Of a stretch of DNA of 64,000 nucleotides, positions 31,297 through 43,345 are shown piece by piece. Within the stretch, counting starts at the first letter, position 1. Each line of letters starts with the position of its first letter. The notes beneath the pieces are model-generated. The model did not search any database. It was not told the DNA's origin and worked only from the letters and a program-made list of their open reading frames with translations. Source of the stretch: an uncultured virus (IMG/VR IMGVR_UViG_3300021255_004486). Taxonomy: Duplodnaviria; Heunggongvirae; Uroviricota; Caudoviricetes. Location of the stretch: the IMG/VR virus record IMGVR_UViG_3300021255_004486. The stretch is one strand, 5' to 3'. Made by a program: the position numbers and the translations under genes.

Positions 31297-31307
31297 AGGA
31301 GAAGTAT

Positions 31308-32693
31308 ATGGTAAAAACGTACATCCTTGACACCAATGTCCTTATGTCTACGCAGGGCAAAGTTCTTCACGGATTTGATGACAATACAGTCATCATCACC
31401 CATACCACTCTTGAAGAATTGGATAAGTTTAAGATGGCTCCGGGAGAGAGAGGTTTCCAGGCCCGTGAGGCAATACGTGCGATCAAAGAGGTTATAGAGA
31501 ATAAAAAGGCTGACGAAGAGATCGCTTCCGGCATAACCCTTGATAATAAGGGAACATTTAGGATCACAACCAACAATCTATCTGCACAGATGCCTAAAGG
31601 ATGGGACTTAAATAATCCCGACAACTGTATTCTTTGTACATGTAAAACCTTGACCGAAGAGGAGCGTACAAAGAAGACAAAGAACCCGGTAATCTTGATC
31701 ACCAACGATGTCAGCCTTGCGATCAAGGCAGAAACCCTTGGACTTACTGTACAGGAGTATAAGAACGATATCGCCATCAGCGATGAGGAAGAATATACCG
31801 GACGTACCGAGATCGCCATATCCGATACATCAATGAATAAGCTCTATAAGGATAAGGTTGTATCAAAGCTAAACAAGCGTGAAAGTGCAGGAATAAACCT
31901 TCACGAGCGCCAGTATGCAGTAGTAAAGAGCACGAGTGGTTCATCAGCTCTTATATATAACCACGACGGCGGACTTCACTTGGTTGAGAACCCCGACAAG
32001 GAGATATATGGGATAAAACCCAAGAATGTCGGCCAGAAGTTTGCTCTCCAGGCACTCCTTGCTCCACCCGAAGAGATCCCTCTCGTAATACTTAAGGGAG
32101 CTGCCGGCACCGGCAAGACTCTGCTTTCATTAGCGGCAGGCCTTGAAAAGACCTATGAGTGGAACAAGGAAGACGCATCATATAACAGCATCGTCATCAC
32201 AAGATCAAACACCTTGTCAGATGAAGATATAGGATTTCTCCCGGGAAGCCTTGAGGATAAAATGGGCCCGCTCGTTAGTCCTTTTATGGACAATCTCAAG
32301 TTCCTCTTAAGCAGAAGTGCAAAAGGAGAAGAGCGCAGGGAAGTAAATATGCAGATAGAAGATATGCTTGAGACCGGCATTATCGAGATCATATCTTTGG
32401 CATATATCCGCGGACGAAGCCTTAACAATACGTTCTTAATCGTGGACGAGTTTCAGAATGCCACAAGACTGCAAGCGCTCTCTATCGTCACTCGAATGGG
32501 AATCGGCTCAAAACTGGTCGTACTGGGAGATCCAAACCAGGTTGATAACCCGAAACTCGACAGGAAAAATAACGGACTTGTGTATCTTTCCGAGAAATTC
32601 AAGGATTCTCCGCTTTGTGCAGAGGTTACCTTTGATGATTCAGAGTCCGTAAGAAGCCCGCTTGCAAAAGAAGCGATATATAGGTTGAATTAA
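31308..32693 (+). CDS. PIN-domain PhoH-family ATPase (PhoH2/YlaK-like)
   Basis: ILDTNVL PIN start; GAAGTGKT; IGFLPG; YIRGRSL; DEFQN. Confidence 0.9.
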   Translation: MVKTYILDTNVLMSTQGKVLHGFDDNTVIITHTTLEELDKFKMAPGERGFQAREAIRAIKEVIENKKADEEIASGITLDNKGTFRITTNNLSAQMPKGWDLNNPDNCILCTCKTLTEEERTKKTKNPVILITNDVSLAIKAETLGLTVQEYKNDIAISDEEEYTGRTEIAISDTSMNKLYKDKVVSKLNKRESAGINLHERQYAVVKSTSGSSALIYNHDGGLHLVENPDKEIYGIKPKNVGQKFALQALLAPPEEIPLVILKGAAGTGKTLLSLAAGLEKTYEWNKEDASYNSIVITRSNTLSDEDIGFLPGSLEDKMGPLVSPFMDNLKFLLSRSAKGEERREVNMQIEDMLETGIIEIISLAYIRGRSLNNTFLIVDEFQNATRLQALSIVTRMGIGSKLVVLGDPNQVDNPKLDRKNNGLVYLSEKFKDSPLCAEVTFDDSESVRSPLAKEAIYRLN

Positions 32694-32785
32694 AATCGGT
32701 TGACCAAATCGGTCAATATATCCGATCTGACAAAAAGAGGTATAGCCTTAAAGCGGGTTACGACACAGATATAACAAGCGATTCA

Positions 32786-33247
32786 ATGAAGAAGACTCCA
32801 CTCAAGAGAAAAACGCCATTAAAGGCGCATACGACGCTCAAGTCAAATTCTACACTTAAAGCAAAGACGGCGCTTAAAGCAAAGTCTACTCTTAAGACCA
32901 AGTCTACGCTTAAGTGCAAGCAGAAGACCGCGCGCAAACTAAGCACGCCGTATAAAAGCATCTTTTCTGACAGCCTTGATAGGTGTTATATAACCGGAGC
33001 GACCACAAATATCCATCCTCATCACATTTTCGGGGCATCAAAGAAGGCATTATCTGAAAAATACGGATTCATACTTCCTCTCAGAGCAGATTGGCACGAA
33101 GGTACAACGTATTCAATACACCAGGATAGAGCACTTGATCTTAAATATAAGTGCTTATGCGAGAAGTATTACATCACAACGCTCAATAAGACCAAGGAGG
33201 AATGGATCGAAGAGTTCGGGATGTGGTGGGAAGAAGAATCCGCTTAA
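32786..33247 (+). CDS. Basic LK-repeat protein with HNH-like C-terminus
   Basis: Six-residue LKxKxx repeats then CYITG...HPHHIFG...H. Confidence 0.6.
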   Translation: MKKTPLKRKTPLKAHTTLKSNSTLKAKTALKAKSTLKTKSTLKCKQKTARKLSTPYKSIFSDSLDRCYITGATTNIHPHHIFGASKKALSEKYGFILPLRADWHEGTTYSIHQDRALDLKYKCLCEKYYITTLNKTKEEWIEEFGMWWEEESA

Positions 33248-33648
33248 GGAGCAGTAATGATAGATATAACGATATACTCAAGCAAAGATAAATATCGGGG
33301 GCTCTTACGGCATCTGATTGATTTATACGGAATAACAGAAGTTAAATACGAAGACACCAAAGACTTAGCACACATAACCGGCATCAGCGAAAGCTGCGGA
33401 GAATGCAATATAAGGATCAAGAAAAGTGAAAACTCCGCCAAAAAGAAATGAAGAAGAGAGCAACAGTCCGTTAAAGGCAATTATCATATTTTTGGTAGTT
33501 GCCATTAGTCTCGGTGTGCTCGGACGCATATCGCTTTACATTATCGATCCGACGTTGCTTAAGAACAACGAGGTAACTGAAGTAAGCGACGAGCAGTTTT
33601 ATGAGGGACTAAGCGGAATCATTGGTTTTGTATTGGATGGTTTTGAAA

Positions 33649-33999
33649 ATGACAGACAGACGAGCGAGTCTACGACTCAAGAAGCACCTTGAATGCGCCA
33701 TTTATACCGGCGGGAATGAATATAAGGCCACGATCATAGATATATCCGAAAATGGAATAGCGTTTGAGACAGATATGGATGCGGACATCGGATTGCTTGA
33801 TACCGTCTATATCACAATGTCTGATAACTACCTTGATGTATGCAGGGATGAACACGAATACACGCATACAGTAAGTGGCTACATAAAGAATATAACAGCC
33901 ACATCTGATGGCTATAAGCGCTGCGGATGTTATATAAATGACCTAAGTTACAACCGGTATGTGCAGGAGCAGTACATTGCACACGCCTGCGGAAGATAA
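33649..33999 (+). CDS. PilZ-domain protein (putative c-di-GMP receptor)
   Basis: RRASLR and DISENG match RxxxR / DxSxxG. Confidence 0.75.
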   Translation: MTDRRASLRLKKHLECAIYTGGNEYKATIIDISENGIAFETDMDADIGLLDTVYITMSDNYLDVCRDEHEYTHTVSGYIKNITATSDGYKRCGCYINDLSYNRYVQEQYIAHACGR

Positions 34000-34004
34000 T
34001 AATA

Positions 34005-36035
34005 ATGAACACACTGAAAGAAAAACTCAAACCCGTATATACAGTTCAAACCGTTTTTCATGTAGTTTTACTTACTTTTATCATATTTGTTGGGCTCGCC
34101 ATATATGGCAGATGGTGTATTCACGCCTCACTCCAAAAGACTGTAACAGAACACGTAACTACACAGGTTCAACTGATAGCATCTGATGTTAAGATAATAA
34201 ACTCAGACAGCGTCCGCATTGGGATAAAACCGTCTGAATATCTTTTGCGGATAAAAAGATACGACACGGACGAAATCGCGTATACTACAAATTCTGTATA
34301 CGAAATAATGGACAATGAAGATGTAAAGACCTACATCAAGTCCGCAGAAGCAGGCTTATACACATACAATCTGAATCAGACATGCAGTGCCGAAGTATTC
34401 AGATCCGGAATCAATTATGTCGTATACGTGGCAAAGATAGATGGCGGGGAATTCTTCATTGAAGGTGCCGTACCTTATAAAACGCTCAGTCAAGGAATGG
34501 CTCCGATAGTTACCGTATACAGTATCTTTGTCTTCATCTTTATATCCATCTATTTCGCACTCGTAATCTTATTCTGGCGATACGTCAAGTCATACTCAAA
34601 ACTGGAAGAAGAAAAACATATTGCAGAGGAAGCAGAGCGCTCAAACCAGGCAAAATCAGAGTTTTTGGCCAATATGAGCCACGAAATAAGAACTCCCATT
34701 AACTCTATCCTTGGAATGAATGAGATGATCTTGCGAGAGACCATCCAGGATGAGATTGCCGAGTATTCGGATGATATAAAGAGTGCCGGCGACAGTTTGC
34801 TTTCACTTATAAACGATATTCTTGATTATTCAAAGATAGAAGCGGGTAGACTTGAGCTTTATAAATCAGATTATGAAGTCGCGACACTTATTAACGACCT
34901 AAACAATATGATCAAGCTCAGAGCAAACGGTAAAGGACTCGCATTTACTCTAAACATAGACTCGCGTACACCCAAGACACTGCACGGCGACAAAGTTCGT
35001 GTACAGCAGATAATAATGAATCTGCTTACAAATGCAGTTAAATACACGGATAAAGGCTCCGTAATCTTGCGAATGTCCTGGGACAACGACATCGAAGCCT
35101 TGCGAGTTAACGTCCAAGATACCGGAAAAGGCATCAAAGACTCCGATATAGAGGTGCTTACGAGCAAATTCACGCGAGTAGACCTTGAGAACAATAATAA
35201 CATCGAAGGAACCGGCCTGGGACTATCCATAACCAAAATGCTCCTTGATGAGATGGGTGGCAGCCTTCATATCAAGTCAAAGTATGGTGAAGGCTCTATA
35301 TTTACCGTTATTATCCCCCAGGGACTCGTATCAAAGGAGCTGATGGGAGAGTATAAGCCGCCTATAAGGGAACGTAAACAATATATCCGCAAATTCACGG
35401 CAAAAGAAGCGAATGTCTTGGTTGTGGATGATACACACATGAACCTCATGGTCATAAAAAGGCTGCTTAAGGATACGGAGATGAATATAGACCTTGCCCA
35501 CGACGGAAAGGAATGTATAGAGCTCGTAAAGCACAATTTATACGACATCATCTTAATGGATATAAGAATGCCATATATGGGCGGGGAAGAGGTACTAAAT
35601 ATCCTAAAACAGCGCAGGCTTATAGATGATACCCCGGTAATAGCGCTTACCGCAGACGCATTACCCGAATCAAGGGATAAATATATATCAGAAGGATTTG
35701 CAGACTATCTCTCAAAGCCTGTAAAGGCAGAAGACCTTGAGGATATGATCATCCAATTCTTACCCAAAGACAAGATAGTTATGGAGTCACACAAGAGGCA
35801 GGAAGTGATAATAGCCGAGGATAAGTTAAGCGGACTATTTAGACATCTGCTTGAATACGTAAAAGAGCGTAACGAAGAGGCTATAAACGGAATGACCAAC
35901 AGCCTTGGAAACTACAGATTCCCGGAAAATTATCAGACGACGTTTAATGCTGTACGTTCAGAGTTCCGTCTTCATCACTTTGAAGAGATGGAAGATATAT
36001 TGGAAGAGGCAATAGCAAAGCTCAATGGAGTATAA
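34005..36035 (+). CDS. Membrane hybrid sensor histidine kinase / receiver
   Basis: [47 protein letters not shown]. Confidence 0.93.
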   Translation: MNTLKEKLKPVYTVQTVFHVVLLTFIIFVGLAIYGRWCIHASLQKTVTEHVTTQVQLIASDVKIINSDSVRIGIKPSEYLLRIKRYDTDEIAYTTNSVYEIMDNEDVKTYIKSAEAGLYTYNLNQTCSAEVFRSGINYVVYVAKIDGGEFFIEGAVPYKTLSQGMAPIVTVYSIFVFIFISIYFALVILFWRYVKSYSKLEEEKHIAEEAERSNQAKSEFLANMSHEIRTPINSILGMNEMILRETIQDEIAEYSDDIKSAGDSLLSLINDILDYSKIEAGRLELYKSDYEVATLINDLNNMIKLRANGKGLAFTLNIDSRTPKTLHGDKVRVQQIIMNLLTNAVKYTDKGSVILRMSWDNDIEALRVNVQDTGKGIKDSDIEVLTSKFTRVDLENNNNIEGTGLGLSITKMLLDEMGGSLHIKSKYGEGSIFTVIIPQGLVSKELMGEYKPPIRERKQYIRKFTAKEANVLVVDDTHMNLMVIKRLLKDTEMNIDLAHDGKECIELVKHNLYDIILMDIRMPYMGGEEVLNILKQRRLIDDTPVIALTADALPESRDKYISEGFADYLSKPVKAEDLEDMIIQFLPKDKIVMESHKRQEVIIAEDKLSGLFRHLLEYVKERNEEAINGMTNSLGNYRFPENYQTTFNAVRSEFRLHHFEEMEDILEEAIAKLNGV

Positions 36036-36046
36036 AGGAGAAAAAT

Positions 36047-37021
36047 ATGCCACATTCAAGCGGAGGCGGGAGCCATAGTAGCGGTTCACACTCGGGCGGA
36101 GGCAGTAGCTCGTCATCATCTTCATCCGGTGGCAGCAGTATAAGATACCACACATCTTCAACATACTTTCCGGGTGCAAGGCGATATGTGAGGTATAAAA
36201 AGGGCCAACCCGAGTATATCTATAGCGACGATATACATCTAAATGAAAAGCCCAGTCCGCTCAGATTCTTACTCCTCATCATATATGTGCCGTTTATAAT
36301 CGCGGTCATATCGATGTTTTTGGGATCTATCAATATTCCGCATCAGATAACCGAGAAATATCCAAATCCCGTAACGATAGAGGACAATCTCGATGTATTT
36401 AATGAAAATACAGCGCTCGCGGATGCGCTATATCAATTCTATAAGACAACCGGTATCCCGGTCACGATTATAACCGAGAACAATGATTGGATGGAGCATT
36501 ATGATGCTCTTGATGTTTATGCATACGATTTGTATGTGGACAGATACATAGATGAAGACCATTGGGTGATCGTATATACGACAGACTTTGATGAGACGTT
36601 TGAAGACTGGCATTTTGAAGGAATGCAGGGATATAACACGGATAGCATTCTCACAACATCCGTAACCGACAAATTTAACGTCAATCTTACACGATACTTA
36701 ATGAATAGCGGGTATTCAAAAGCCGAGGCATTCACCCAGGCGTTCAAGGATATAACACCGGGAATAATGACAGTTGCCATAAATAAAAGCCAATTAGGCT
36801 TTGCACTCGTGTTCTGCGTATTTGTGACAGTCCACATGACAATGATGATAAGAGGACTTTCTAACCGCAAATACAAAAACTACGTCAAATGTCCCGATGA
36901 TAACATCGCAGATCCGCACGAGAGAGAAGCAAGATGCGAATACTGTGGCGGAATATACTATATCGGCACAGTTACGAGCTGTCCACACTGCGGAGCTCCA
37001 CTTTCGCATAATATCTCTTAA
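36047..37021 (+). CDS. Membrane protein with TPM-like domain and C-terminal zinc ribbon
   Basis: G/S-rich N-terminus, two TM segments, CEYCG...CPHCG. Confidence 0.65.
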   Translation: MPHSSGGGSHSSGSHSGGGSSSSSSSSGGSSIRYHTSSTYFPGARRYVRYKKGQPEYIYSDDIHLNEKPSPLRFLLLIIYVPFIIAVISMFLGSINIPHQITEKYPNPVTIEDNLDVFNENTALADALYQFYKTTGIPVTIITENNDWMEHYDALDVYAYDLYVDRYIDEDHWVIVYTTDFDETFEDWHFEGMQGYNTDSILTTSVTDKFNVNLTRYLMNSGYSKAEAFTQAFKDITPGIMTVAINKSQLGFALVFCVFVTVHMTMMIRGLSNRKYKNYVKCPDDNIADPHEREARCEYCGGIYYIGTVTSCPHCGAPLSHNIS

Positions 37022-37089
37022 GGATAACCGCGCTATCTCTTCCTCCAAATTACACACTTACTTAAAACACCTAAAAAGGAGGAAGCAAT

Positions 37090-38226
37090 ATGCGAAAATT
37101 CAAAGCAATAGCCAAGATACTCATATTTCTGGCTATCATTTGGGTTCTGTGTGTAAAAGGCATCAACGGAGTTACGTTGGGAAGTCTTATCTCAAAGCCT
37201 ATAAGCGGGGTTATCAATAATGTCGCAGATACAGGCGAGGAGTTTTTGTCAGAGCATACGGATGAATACGGAGAGTTCGTATTCCCCGAGGATACGCCCT
37301 CAATAGAGGATGCAGAGATAAAGACTGAAGAGAAGACTGAAGACGTAATTACTGATGCGCAGCAGTTCCTTAATGATGCAAGAGAAGCTCTTGGAACGGA
37401 TGTCACCACGTCTGATTCTAATCTGGCCAATGTCTATGTCGAATTTATCGATGTAGGGCAGGGCGATTCCACACTTATCGTGGATAATGGTCAGGCAATG
37501 CTGATCGATACAGGATTGTATGAGGCGTATGACAATGTCAAAGACGCACTCCGCGAATACGGAGTAAGCACCATCGACACACTCATACTCACACACCCCG
37601 ACGCAGATCATATCCAGGCAGCACCGGCAATCATAGAAGACTATGATGTAAAAACGTGCTATATGCCAGTTGTCACAAATGATACGGCGGCCTACGAGCG
37701 TGCGATAAACTCTCTGTACACGAACAATGTAGAGGTTATCAATCCCACAGCGGGCGATCTTATCGATTTTGGTACAGCAAGGTACGAAGTGCTTGGCCCT
37801 GTATATGATGTTGAAGGCGCGTATGATGATACAAATTCATACTCGATCATCGTAAAGATGACAAACGGTGCAGATTCATTCTTATTTACAGGAGATGCGA
37901 CCGGAGACGAGACAGAAGATGTGTTATCGGCAGGGATGGATGTATCGGCAGATGTGTACAAGGCTGCCCATCATGGCTCAGCGAACGACGGATGCAACAG
38001 TGAAGCATTTATCCGGGCAGTGTCACCCGAGACAATGGTAGTTTCCTGCGGTTATCACAATGATCACGGACATCCGCACAGAGAGACCATGAGCCTCGCA
38101 ACAGAGTATGGACTCACACTTTACCGTACAGACTTGCAGGGTTCAGTCGGAGCATTAAGCACCGGCAATGGAATCAAGTGGGGCGTAGAGCCCACGACCG
38201 TTTACACAAACGGCAATAATCTTTGA
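37090..38226 (+). CDS. ComEC/Rec2-type metallo-beta-lactamase-fold hydrolase (membrane-anchored)
   Basis: DVGQGDS, LIDTG, THPDADH, FTGD, HHGS, GHPH. Confidence 0.88.
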   Translation: MRKFKAIAKILIFLAIIWVLCVKGINGVTLGSLISKPISGVINNVADTGEEFLSEHTDEYGEFVFPEDTPSIEDAEIKTEEKTEDVITDAQQFLNDAREALGTDVTTSDSNLANVYVEFIDVGQGDSTLIVDNGQAMLIDTGLYEAYDNVKDALREYGVSTIDTLILTHPDADHIQAAPAIIEDYDVKTCYMPVVTNDTAAYERAINSLYTNNVEVINPTAGDLIDFGTARYEVLGPVYDVEGAYDDTNSYSIIVKMTNGADSFLFTGDATGDETEDVLSAGMDVSADVYKAAHHGSANDGCNSEAFIRAVSPETMVVSCGYHNDHGHPHRETMSLATEYGLTLYRTDLQGSVGALSTGNGIKWGVEPTTVYTNGNNL

Positions 38227-38357
38227 ATTAAACGTAAAAAGAGGTAGGAAAACCTATCTCTTTTTTCGTATACAGAAAACGCTGCAAAATCGCCAATCTT
38301 CCATACTTTATATAGATTCCCAAAGGGGCCACACACAAGATAAGGAGGTAAATAACA

Positions 38358-38858
38358 ATGTGTGACATACAAGACATCAACAAAGGAGAGAAGAGGATAA
38401 CAATAACTCTTAAGAACGGACTGAAGTTCGTTTCACAGTGGTTCACAGACGACAATGGCGACAAGGCGCTCAACAATGTAACAAGCAAGGAGGACGAGGT
38501 ACTTAAAGAACTCATTAAAATTCACAATATCGCCGAAGAGGACATCGAAGAATGGTTCATCTCAAGGAGAAGAGAACCTGGAACTCTTTATATATCTGAT
38601 CACGCCATGAGCAGGCTCAAGGAGAGAAACGGATGGAATAAAAAGACTGCCATGCGTATGATCCCGAAAATCTATGACGAAGGCGTAAATGCCAAGGATG
38701 TAAAGGGATACTTAAGGCCCTGGGCAGAGAATAAAGAAGCAAAAAAGAATCCCGGAGAAGAGTATCTGCTCTACGGCACGAACATGTACGTATTCTCACA
38801 TAAGACTCTCTTAACGGTAATCCCGGTGCCCAAGAAGGGAAAACACTTAAGTAAGTAA
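38358..38858 (+). CDS. Hypothetical protein
   Basis: AAGGAGG RBS after motif promoter. Confidence 0.7.
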   Translation: MCDIQDINKGEKRITITLKNGLKFVSQWFTDDNGDKALNNVTSKEDEVLKELIKIHNIAEEDIEEWFISRRREPGTLYISDHAMSRLKERNGWNKKTAMRMIPKIYDEGVNAKDVKGYLRPWAENKEAKKNPGEEYLLYGTNMYVFSHKTLLTVIPVPKKGKHLSK

Positions 38859-38927
38859 GCAAAGTAACGATAACAAACGTTTTCTATTGTCATTCTCTCA
38901 TATTTAATATAGAGGGATGTTTAAGGA

Positions 38928-39308
38928 GTGTTTATGATAAACAATCAATTATTAACTCTTACCCCAATGGAGCTGCTTGATTATTTCACGAAGAACTTCA
39001 CGGACGAACTCCCCAGTGAGGTCAAATCTGTAGAGGATATGAATCACGCAGCAGAGTTGTTGCTTAAACTCACCGAAGAGTATTCCTATATATGCTCACT
39101 TCTTTCTCTGGCAAAGATAATGACTCGCGATGCGAAAAGACATCTTTCAAAGGAAGAATATGAGGATATGGTGGACAGGAAAGAGATCATTCAGAATATG
39201 GCGGATGTCATAAAGCAAAAATATGCCGCCATAAGCAGGGCAGTCACGATAAAGCTTGAGAACAATGCTGAACTGCGAATGACCGGTAATGGGTATATCA
39301 ACAGGTAA
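38928..39308 (+). CDS. Hypothetical helical protein
   Basis: AAGGAG RBS. Confidence 0.65.
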   Translation: MFMINNQLLTLTPMELLDYFTKNFTDELPSEVKSVEDMNHAAELLLKLTEEYSYICSLLSLAKIMTRDAKRHLSKEEYEDMVDRKEIIQNMADVIKQKYAAISRAVTIKLENNAELRMTGNGYINR

Positions 39309-39904
39309 TGTATATCGATATTGCTGTATTCTGTTCTGACAGCGCAAAGCGATACCACAAATGGCCCTTACGAAGATTAGGGCTTGTAAGCAATGAAAAC
39401 GGATTCTTGGGGCGGGTTTCGCAATCAAAATATGAGAGGATCCGGCAATACTGTGAAGCTCACCACTTAAAATACCGGATCAACAATCCGAAGTGGGAGA
39501 GAAGCACAGATTATAGACACACATTCTTTTCCAATAATAAGCCGTATATCAAAGATTTATATTTCTGCGCATACTGCGGAAGACTCAGATCCCGGAGATA
39601 CATCACGGTAGACCATATATACCCGATAAGCGTTGCCCAAAAGAGCATCAGTCTTCAACAAAAGCTAAAACGCCAGGGCATAAAGAGCATCAATGATAAG
39701 AACAACCTTGTAGCAGCATGCAGGAGATGTAATTCCCGCAAAAGCGCAAAGATGGGACTATGGATCATCAGAGGCAAAATCGGGAAACATGCATGGATAT
39801 GGGAGCTTAAACATGCATTCCGTATCAGCCTTTTGATAAGCATTATCTGGCAACTGACGCAAGATGGATACACACAGCAATTCCTAAAGGCATTTACAGG
39901 ATGA
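39308..39904 (+). CDS. HNH endonuclease
   Basis: CAYCG...TVDHIYP...NLVAACRRCNSRK. Confidence 0.85.
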   Translation: MYIDIAVFCSDSAKRYHKWPLRRLGLVSNENGFLGRVSQSKYERIRQYCEAHHLKYRINNPKWERSTDYRHTFFSNNKPYIKDLYFCAYCGRLRSRRYITVDHIYPISVAQKSISLQQKLKRQGIKSINDKNNLVAACRRCNSRKSAKMGLWIIRGKIGKHAWIWELKHAFRISLLISIIWQLTQDGYTQQFLKAFTG

Positions 39905-40094
39905 TGGAAGTAAAAACCACCGCCTTTGCCATATTTTTAATCATACTGTTTGCTTGGCGAAGACGTGCACTGAATAAACTACAGAATAACGAAGATAAGT
40001 CCGATTTAAGGCTCCTTTACGAGAGAGCCTTAAAACCACATATAGACTTCTATAGAACACTTCCCGAGCGGATAAGGAGATATAGAGCGAAGAA

Positions 40095-40568
40095 ATGAGC
40101 AAATACAGGATGCTTTCCCTTGATACATCATCCACGATATCGGGATGGGCGTACTGGGAGAACGCAAAGCTCATAAAAAGCGGTGTTATAGCACCGAAGA
40201 GCAAGGATAAGGAAGAGAGGCTTGACAGCATGTGTCTATCATTACTTGACACATTAAACACGTATAAGCCACAGACAGTCGTCATAGAAATGACAGTAGT
40301 AGAGAGAAACGCTCAGACACAAAGGCTATTATCAGAGATCGTAGGCGTAGTCAGAGGATGGGCGATACTTAATAATTCCGAGTTCGTCTCCTTCAGACCT
40401 AATGATTGGAGAAAACTTGTTTGTAGAGACGAGAAAATACCAAAAAAGAGAGAGGAATGTAAGACCTGGTCGATTGAGAAGGTTCTACAATCTTACAAGA
40501 TAAAGGCTGATGATAATGAATCCGATGCGATTCTTATAGGAGAGGCCCGGATCAACCAGTTCTTATAA
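40095..40568 (+). CDS. RuvC-like Holliday junction resolvase
   Basis: LSLDTSSTISGWA, VVIE, DNESDAILIG. Confidence 0.8.
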   Translation: MSKYRMLSLDTSSTISGWAYWENAKLIKSGVIAPKSKDKEERLDSMCLSLLDTLNTYKPQTVVIEMTVVERNAQTQRLLSEIVGVVRGWAILNNSEFVSFRPNDWRKLVCRDEKIPKKREECKTWSIEKVLQSYKIKADDNESDAILIGEARINQFL

Positions 40569-41001
40569 AAAAACTATGAAATACCAGGCATTATTAGAGT
40601 TTGAAAGCAATAATTTCGTAAGCGCTCTTAAAACGATGAGAGACATACAGGTAATGGATAGGTTCAAGGATAACGACATCCACGTCGCCTATTGCTACGA
40701 AAAGACCGCTGAAAACAGCGAAAATGTCATTCAATTCCCCATAGAGATTAGAAAGAAAAATTAAATGTACTATGTCTATTATACGGAGAATTCCGTTAAG
40801 GTGACTAACAAGCAGGATAAGATGCTGCTACCGATAAGGAAGTCACCTGTTAAAAAAGACGCTATAAATAGCGCCAAGATATTTGCCAAAGAAGTAAACG
40901 CTGAGAAGGTTATCATTTGCGAATGATAGCCATTATTTTACTGTATATCTATCACTTTTCTTGTGTAACTATTGTTTACCTAAAAGGAGGAAAGTGAAGA
41001 T

Positions 41002-41814
41002 ATGATTAGCTTTGAAAGTTTTGCAGAAGAAGTAAGAAGTGCAGTGTCAGAGCGTCTTGGTGTGAAAGTCGAGAGCATGGATGTTCCCAAGTCAAATGGG
41101 GTAACGAAGAAAGCCATCGTCATTCACCAAGGCACATGTATGCCTACGGTATATCTCGAAGGTGCATACGAGAAGTATACAGGCGGAGAGATGACCGTAG
41201 AACAGTGTACTGAGGAACTGATCAGTGCAATCGGTTCAACCCCGGCCGCAGAGTTTGATTTAAGTATCCTTGATTCTTTTGACACCGCAAAAGACTTTAT
41301 CCGCTGTCGCCTGCTTAACTTTAAGATGAATGAGCAGATGGCACAGGATTGTCCTTACAGGCTTTTCGGAGAGGATCTGGCAGTATTTTACTCCTGCGTT
41401 GTAGCAGATGGAGCAAGTGCACTCATACACAACCACTTCTTAAGTAAGTGGGGTGTAAGCGAGGAAGACCTCTACAATGCTGCTGAGCAGAACATCTTGA
41501 TGGATGCAGTGCTCGAAGGTATTGGTGGACTGAATGTACTTACCAATACCACCCGTGTTTATGGTGCCTCATCAATCCTTTCTGATGTTGTCAGAGAGAA
41601 TTTGTATGAGGAGTTTGGGAAATACTTCATCATCCCGTCTTCTGTACACGAAGTTATCATACTTCCCGATAACGGAAGCATCGATGCTGAGTACGTAAAC
41701 GAGATGATCGAGTCTATCAACGCAGAATGCGTTGCGGAGGAAGAAGTTCTGTCCAACCACGTATATTACTACGATGGAACAGAGGTGTCCGTTCTCCGGG
41801 AAAGCGCTGCTTAA
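41002..41814 (+). CDS. DUF5688-like protein
   Basis: LTNTTRVYGAS, FIIPSSVHEVIILP, LSNHVYYYD. Confidence 0.7.
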   Translation: MISFESFAEEVRSAVSERLGVKVESMDVPKSNGVTKKAIVIHQGTCMPTVYLEGAYEKYTGGEMTVEQCTEELISAIGSTPAAEFDLSILDSFDTAKDFIRCRLLNFKMNEQMAQDCPYRLFGEDLAVFYSCVVADGASALIHNHFLSKWGVSEEDLYNAAEQNILMDAVLEGIGGLNVLTNTTRVYGASSILSDVVRENLYEEFGKYFIIPSSVHEVIILPDNGSIDAEYVNEMIESINAECVAEEEVLSNHVYYYDGTEVSVLRESAA

Positions 41815-42006
41815 TTCGTTCTTCACAAAGATTTACCCCAGGTCATTTGGCTTGGGGTTTTTCTTTGCTCTTATTTTTGGCTAAAACTCCCATATTTTTA
41901 GTGAATTCTTATTACCGTAACGGAGCGAATGTTAAGGATTCAGAAATCAGTAAGGCGGTAACGCCCCTCGCAAAAGCGAGAATAATGCAGAAAAGGAGAA
42001 ATCACA

Positions 42007-42459
42007 ATGAAGAAGTTCGCAAAGGCAATGTTGTTTGCGATAGCATTTTCTATGCTTATCGCTATCGTCCCCATGAAGGCAGAGGCAGCAGACCTCAAGG
42101 CTAACGCTATTGAACTGCGCATCCTTGACCAGGTTAATGCACAGAGAATAGCAGCAGGACTTTCAGCTCTTACCTACAACAAATCAATGCAGGCAGGAGC
42201 AGAGACAAGGGCCGTAGAGGCTGACCAGAAATGGTCACACACCCGCCCCAATGGGCAGGACTATTGGACAGTAGATGAGGACATCTATGGAGAGAACCTC
42301 TCCAAGGATTATTCATCCGTTGATTCGATGGTTACTGGTTGGATGAACAGCCCTGCACACCGCTCGAATATCCTCTTTGGAGATTTTCAGACGGCAGCAG
42401 TAGGAGTTGTTCAGAAGGCTGACGGAACATACGTCGTTGCCTTCGAGTTCGGTTATTAA
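42007..42459 (+). CDS. Secreted CAP/SCP-domain protein
   Basis: Signal peptide; VNAQR, SHTRPNG, GENL, WMNSPAHRSNIL. Confidence 0.88.
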   Translation: MKKFAKAMLFAIAFSMLIAIVPMKAEAADLKANAIELRILDQVNAQRIAAGLSALTYNKSMQAGAETRAVEADQKWSHTRPNGQDYWTVDEDIYGENLSKDYSSVDSMVTGWMNSPAHRSNILFGDFQTAAVGVVQKADGTYVVAFEFGY

Positions 42460-42632
42460 GGAGGAATTCTTAACCCAATCAAAATTCTTAACTTGAGAAA
42501 GAGCGCTGCATTATGTGGCGCTCTTTTACTTTGCCTTAAACCTTTGATTTTACTGGGATTGTCGAAACACAGGTACGACAGCAAATCCCAAAAAGTACGA
42601 CGGCATGATGTCGTTGAAAAGTGTGGTATAAT

Positions 42633-42806
42633 ATAGTTGTAGGTAAGCCCGACATGCGTCGCCGATAAGTACGCATATATGATGCGAGGACGTATGAGCC
42701 TCAACTTTGGAAATGGCAGGGAAACCTACAGCTATACAGAGCCTCGTTGATAATGGTGAGGTCAACGTGTACACAAAAGAGAGTCGAGCAATCGGCTCTC
42801 TTTTTC
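42633..42806 (+). ncRNA. Candidate small RNA with own promoter and terminator
   Basis: TGGTATAAT upstream; ATAGTTGTAGGT/ACCTACAGCTAT stem; AGAGAGTCGA..TCGGCTCTCTTTTT terminator. Confidence 0.45.
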
Positions 42807-43345
42807 TATCCAGTTTCCTCTGTATGCGATTTTCAGACCGTGAAACATGGTTTTCCACTCGCAGATCTCCTGCAAAATCCTCACCGAGAACGTCCAACGT
42901 CCTCCGTGTTCGTATTTGATATGATAATAGATAACGAACTTATAAAAGCCGATTTTTCGTTATACCCTCAATTAAAAACCGACAATTACATCAAAACTTA
43001 AATACCCCAAAAAGTAGTACAGCAGAGTACATAAAAAGCGGTATTGTAAGCAATGCTACAGTCTGCTACAATACCATTACACATAGTCTAAGGACACATA
43101 GATGCCGTGTGCCGATTCCGGGATTTATCTGTCTATGACTTCGCCATATAGTGTATAAGGGCTCCCGCAAAAACTGCGAGAGCCTTTATTATGGGAGATT
43201 ATATGAACAGCGAGTTAATCACACTTTCATATTTGGTACAAATAGTATAAAATGTATTTAAGTCGAGGCGACACACTGACGGATGTTAGAGTGCCCAGCC
43301 TCTTCTTTTTTTTTGTTAAGAGTGAACTCGATTCGAGTATATATC

